Source of the DNA: Intoshia linei
Lineage: Eukaryota; Animalia; Orthonectida
NCBI GenBank assembly: GCA_001642005.1
Contig: LWCA01000162.1
Location: 1 to 45,532, forward strand
Direction: 5' to 3'
Length of the DNA stretch: 45,532 nucleotides
Numbering within the stretch: the first letter of the stretch is position 1; each line of letters starts with the position of its first letter. The translations under genes were made by a program, and so were the position numbers. Below are positions 40,840 to 45,532 of this stretch, piece by piece. Below the pieces are notes generated by a model. That model ran no database searches, was not told the DNA's origin, and worked only from the letters and a program-made list of their open reading frames with translations.

Positions 40840-41392
40840 TGAAAACTATTTTGTGTGGCTCACGAATAATTTTTTCACATTTGAACTGGACAGAAAATTG
40901 AGTCTGACACCCCTGATCTATATTGATTTTACCTTTTATTAATATCGTTATTGATGATGTTAAATAATAATAGAGTCGTTTTTAAAATTTTAAATAAAAT
41001 ACAAATTTTACGTTGACTTTTAAGTTATCTTTTTTATTTTTTTACAGGGGTGCTAAAAATAATTGATCTGGCTAACGGGGTGCTGAATTTAAAAAGATTT
41101 AAGATACCCTGACCTACACCGCTAAATTATTATTTGAAAAATCCCACTTTTATCCATTATTAATAAAAAATAATAAAAAATACCATTTCAAACCCTCTGG
41201 GAAAAATCGACTTTTACCTATATTTTTTTAAAAACACGATTTTACCAAATTTTATGAGAAAAAACCTTTAATATTTTTATAAATGTATTATATTTCATGT
41301 TTCCTTGATGTTTCAACTTTCCATGATATTCAAAAAAAATAAATATTTTGAATCTTTAAATATTCCGTACATATTTGAATCGGCAACCACTG
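40840..41392. mobile_element. Three stacked hAT MITE right ends
   Basis: CTGACACCCCTG (40915)+ATCTATAT; AAGATACCCTG (41111)+ACCTACAC; CGGCAACCACTG (41392)+ATCTAAAT. All three flanks are nnnTAnnn. Confidence 0.7.
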
Positions 41393-42963
41393 ATCTAAAT
41401 ACAATGACAACGTTTCACTAATTTTATATTTTTCTCAAAACTTAACATTCTCTTGTTAATATAACATCAAATCAATTTATAATTAATTATAGAGTAATAA
41501 ATTATTATTAATAATAACATTATATTTTACACATCAGATAAGTGATCACTGATAATACATAATTCTCATGAACTTTAAATAAATCCTATAGACAAATAAA
41601 TTGATAATTCATATAAAACTTTTAAGGTATCAAAAAAAATATAATTTTATAGTGTATTTTTATCATTAATATAAATAATTTGATTTATTCGACAGTTGTG
41701 GCAGTAAAGTAATATATTATCTAATTTTCTTAATGTTTAATTATCGATTTAAAGTTTAAACATATGAAATATGTTTTTATTTCGCATAAATAAGTTGAAT
41801 TTTATTTTTTATTACGAAATAATTTATACATACATTAATGTATATAAAATTGGAAAAAATGATTTTTTCTATCTATTCTGTTAAATAGTTTTCTATTTTT
41901 GGCTTTTACGTAAAATATAAATAATTCAATATTTTTGCGATAGATTAATCGACACAAATATTTATGATCGATGTGAATTAGATTATTAAAACATATACTT
42001 TGAGATACAATTATATTTTTGATGTGGTATCGGAAATTGATCAACACTAATCTTATTCACCCTACATACAATTATTAGAAACCAATACCTTTTAATCTCG
42101 TTGGATGAACATTTTGTTCCCTATTTTAAAATTTATCTATATAATATTCCAAATAATGTTACAATTATTAACGTTAATGTAAATATATAATGTCTTTATT
42201 ATAATCACTATCGAGAAAGTAATTCATCAATTTATATTGGTTTTCAAATTTCGATTTACATATACGTGTATTCATATATTAATTTATATAATTTAATATA
42301 CATTGCACAAAGTACATACTTACATATATGTATGCATTGTGTACCATATAATATCATACACATAATTGACTCAAAAAGTTTATATTCTTTCGATTTTACG
42401 GTTTTTTCATCATTTTCATTTTATTTTATTCATCGTGATGTATTATGATGAACATTTTGTGTGAAATAGAATGATATTGAAGCATTAAGATGTATACATT
42501 TGTTCTCATACTCTTATAATTAATATTGACAGAATTATAATTATGTCTCAATACTCAAATATAAAGTTCATTATTATAGTAGAAATATCATTAAAATATT
42601 TGGTATGATAATAATAATTGTCAGATGAGCATAAAAGACAACAATCAAAAAGTCATTTGGAAAGTTGAATTTAAAATTGTGCGTGTATATTTCATGATCC
42701 GTACTCTTTGTGTTTCCCCAACTCTATTTAATTTAAAATTTACATACTGACTTAAAATATCAATAATTGCTCAAATCATATCTTCTTTGCTCCGATACTA
42801 TTTTAATTTTTTGAATTAATATTAAATATTAATCAATCGATCAATTTAAAAGTTTTAAACTAAAAGATAATTTCATAGCCCTACAAAGTATCGATTTAAC
42901 AATGTGAATAATTTATTTTTTCATTGCACAATAGTTGTATTTTAATAAATTTATACATATCAA

Positions 42964-44069
42964 ATGGATCAATTTATTCTAACGCTGGTTTTTACCATTT
43001 TACTTATAATTATCATCATTGTCGGAAATGGCTTTGTTATTATTGCGATTATGGTGGAAAAATCTCTACCTAAAAACAAATACATGTTTATTTTTTCTTT
43101 GGCAATTGCAGATTTATTGGTGGGTTTATTAATAATGCCACTTTCTCTGACTCATGAAATTTATAAAACATGGTTTTTTGGAAATTTTACTTGTAAATTG
43201 TATCTTTCGTTAGACGTTTTATTTTGCACAGGTATTTTGTATATAATAAATATAAATATAACATTAATTTAGCTTCCATATATCATATTGGATTAATTAG
43301 TTTGGAGCGATATTTTATGATTAGACAGCCCATCAAATATATCAAATACGAATCTATGCGATTGAAAATGTTTTGTATATTTTTCATATGGATATTCTCA
43401 ATAATCATTTCAATCCCTTCAGTATTAGGATGGTCCATACCAAACGAAATCGACAATCATTTTCACGTTGTTTGTGTTTTAAATGAAAGTAAAAGTTATG
43501 TAGCTTATTCAACATTGCTTTCTTTTTTTATTCCAGCAATAATTGTAATTTTTCTATATATTCAAATCATTATATCAATCATTAAACGAAATAACCGTAT
43601 TATTGAATCTCACAAAAGCATAAAAATTAAACCTAATGGTATTTTAAAACTAAATCCCATTTACAATGTTTTAGTGTGTAAAACATCTAGTCTCCTAATA
43701 CACGTCAATGTTAATTCTGTTTATGATTCAATTGTAATGCCGTCTGATGATGGTATAACAAAAAATTTTTCCGATGAAAACAATATTAAAGCGTATAATT
43801 CTGTTATTCACCTTAAAAAACGATTACGAAAAAAAAACGAAAAAAAATCAATCATGATTCTCGGAACTCTTATGATTGCATTCTTTGTATGTTGGTTTCC
43901 ATTTTTTGTTACCTATTTTATCCAGTCCATCTTCAATGTCAAATTTACAAGCGATTTTATTTTCAAGGTTTGATATATTTTCATTTTATATTGTAGGATT
44001 CTATTTTAGTTATTTTTTTGGGCTGGATATTTCAACAGTGCTGTAAATCCTATTATATACACAATGTAA
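42964..44069 (+). CDS. Class A aminergic GPCR, alpha2-adrenergic/Oct-alpha2-like; 3' end uncertain
   Basis: Exons 42964-43231, 43273-43967, 44010-44065(9). GN (TM1), SLAIADL..MP.SL (TM2), LDVLFCTASIYHI..ISLERY (TM3, Asp3.32), YSTLLSFFIP (TM5), FFVCWFPFFVTY (TM6), FKLFFWAGYFNSAVNPIIYT (TM7). Confidence 0.88.
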
Positions 44070-44966
44070 TTTTTTTATTTATTTCAAATACATGTAATAG
44101 AAAATATTTAATTAGTTATTACAATTTAGTCCATACATGCACTTAATCCAATTTTATAAACGAGTGAACTTATTTACAATAATTTATCTAGACTCTAGTT
44201 TCCATATTCTGAAAAGTACATACTAGTAGTATGTATAGTATGATACTACCAGTTTATAATTATTTTCGTGTACTAGAAGTAAAGTTTTTAATGAGAATTT
44301 TTTAATATAAATTAATTGCATAAAACATAAACATATTCTTATTTATTATTGACAACTGACACATTTAAATTAAATATACTATCATAATTGCTTTTGAGTC
44401 AGTACTTTTCACGTGATTATATTGCAATATTGAAGTTTAAACTCGTATACCTAATGTTACAACTGTGATATAAATAAATAATGTAGCTATTACCAGCAAA
44501 ACCAGTACTCGTGAACAGAGCAGATTTTCATAAAATTTTAGATGTAATCGCTATATAAATTTAATCTATAGATTTATTACTAGTCAAATTAAAATCTGCC
44601 CGAGTTATGTAAATTTAAATTGATTTAAACATTTATGCAAATATTTCGTTTACAACTGATTGTCAAGTGAATAATCTTTTCTGAATTTCAGACTGAATAT
44701 AAAATTGTGTTCATATTTACAAATTAGAAATTAATTTAACAATTATTAAGAAATTTAACACTCGAAAATATTAAATATTTTATCTTTTTAATATTTTTAT
44801 AATTTTTCAAAAAATATAAAAATATTAACTCGGGCTTTTCCAGAGTAGCCCGAGTTTGAGAGTCGCCACTGGTATGCACGAACAAATACATTTATTTTGT
44901 TTTGAACTGAATGGAAACTAAATAAATGTATTATGAAAGTATTATCAGCAAATAAGATAATTACAT

Positions 44967-45370
44967 TTAATGTGATCCTTGCGCTTCATGGTCGTTAACC
45001 AATCTTTTTATGTTGCGTTCCATTTTTGACAGGAATATTCGAATATCCCCTCTTTTAATAATATCCATATTAATGCTTTTCTTTGACATTATGTGATTTA
45101 CGGCACTAAAACCTTTTTCAACTAAATAAAGATGGAAATGGAATCATTAAGTTCAGAATTTGTTTCCATATATTTTGATAAAGTTGAGATATTCTAATAT
45201 TTTCCCACATTTGTATATAATTACCTATCTTAGTCATTTAAACACTTTTCATTATGTTGAATTTCTAACAATTCTTCTTGACATGCAATATCAACATTTC
45301 TGATATCAGCAGAAAATGGATTGGTCATCCAATCATTTATTTTTAGATCTAATATGTCAATGAATCTACC
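44967..45370 (-). pseudogene. Frameshifted hAT Buster transposase C-terminus (ZBED5/SCAND3/FAM200-like)
   Basis: RFIDILDLKINDWMTNPF..CQEELLEIQHNE, then after shifts IPFPS.YLVEKGFSAV..RGDIRIFLSKMERNIKRL..HEAQGSH*. Confidence 0.85.
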
Positions 45371-45532
45371 TTCTGTCTTTTTTGAGATTACTGATGTGAT
45401 CAACAAATCTCTTTATATAAGCACAATTTATTTCGTTTTTTATAGAAAACAATCTAGGAAATTGGTATAATTCCTTTTTTGCTAAATTATAACTAAAGAT
45501 TTCTAATTTTTTAATAAACACTGAGATAATTT

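Noticed and set aside
44277-44310. Candidate last GPCR exon (SKVFNENFLI*)
   Set aside because: Would insert extra residues before FN and lacks the basic helix-8 pattern; unsupported.

Overview
Very AT-rich eukaryotic (metazoan) genomic DNA with intron-rich genes whose GT-AG introns are mostly only 32-45 nt, so the supplied ORF track misses or fragments most genes. Manual splicing recovers, left to right: two tandem alpha-arrestin-like genes (-), Rab6-like GTPase (-), gamma-tubulin complex component 2 (+), a PQ-loop protein SLC66A2/PQLC1 (+), elongation factor 2 (-), a miniature SPATA22-like OB-fold gene (+, absent from the ORF track), mitochondrial citrate synthase (+), a 29-exon Vav GEF (+), a miniature EAPP (+, absent from the ORF track) and an alpha2-adrenergic-like aminergic GPCR (+). 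Intergenic DNA and most of the long introns are filled with decayed hAT-family MITEs (8-bp TSDs, several exact), hAT transposase fragments and probable Helitron ends. The architecture suggests a compact parasite genome such as an orthonectid (inference). I found no convincing wholly new multi-gene system. The most notable observations are the domain-only SPATA22 and EAPP, a Vav C1 domain that has lost all four ligands of one zinc site, a near-terminus-less adrenergic-like receptor, operon-like 76-95 nt spacing of co-oriented genes, and very short head-to-head promoters. All family calls come from recalled motifs, not database searches.
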